Below are positions 63,873 to 64,000 of a DNA stretch of 64,000 nucleotides, in pieces. This DNA comes from Octopus sinensis. Its lineage: Eukaryota. Every line of letters starts with the position of its first letter. Position 1 is the first letter of the stretch. The translations under genes and the position numbers were made by a program. The stretch spans positions 18,600,001 through 18,664,000 of the forward strand of contig NC_043001.1 in assembly GCF_006345805.1 (NCBI RefSeq), written 5' to 3'. The notes below the pieces were generated by a model. That model saw only the letters and a list, made by a program, of their open reading frames with translations, did not search any database and was not told where the DNA came from.

Positions 63873-64000
63873 AATTCTATAATTATAGGCATAATTATAA
63901 TTAGAGTTCAGCAAAAATTGATTCACCGCATACAGAAATTTAGAAACAGCAGTTAAATACTATCCATTACAATTATTAATTCATTAATTAATTTTACCCA

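Overview
AT-rich, microsatellite-dense animal genomic DNA. The repeat families look like those of an octopus/coleoid cephalopod (inference from memory, not a database result). It is mostly intronic: one convincing 168-bp coding exon of a Na+/Ca2+ exchanger (SLC8/NCX family) lies on the minus strand at 26206-26373 and is missed by the ORF track. The rest is layered mobile DNA: four tRNA-headed SINE families (working labels A-D), LINE fragments (RTE, CR1/L2-like, Tx1/L1-like, R4/Dong-like), two internally deleted mariner copies, a Merlin transposase relic, two Merlin-type MITEs, and several foldback elements. The most interesting signals are: (1) several minimal type-I hammerhead ribozyme motifs in short non-coding elements embedded in microsatellites; (2) a SINE that inserts into its own GGTATT site to build 184-bp tandem arrays, with the empty pre-insertion site visible in a nearby inverted duplication; (3) a five-copy array of 82-bp-arm hairpins; (4) a SINE/LINE pair sharing a 3' stem-loop; (5) a Tx1-like LINE apparently targeting (TATC)n. 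Nearly all ORFs in the track are microsatellite or SINE artefacts. No CRISPR, rRNA or true tRNA genes were seen. SINE boundaries are approximate (about 10-20 bp) unless a TSD is given.
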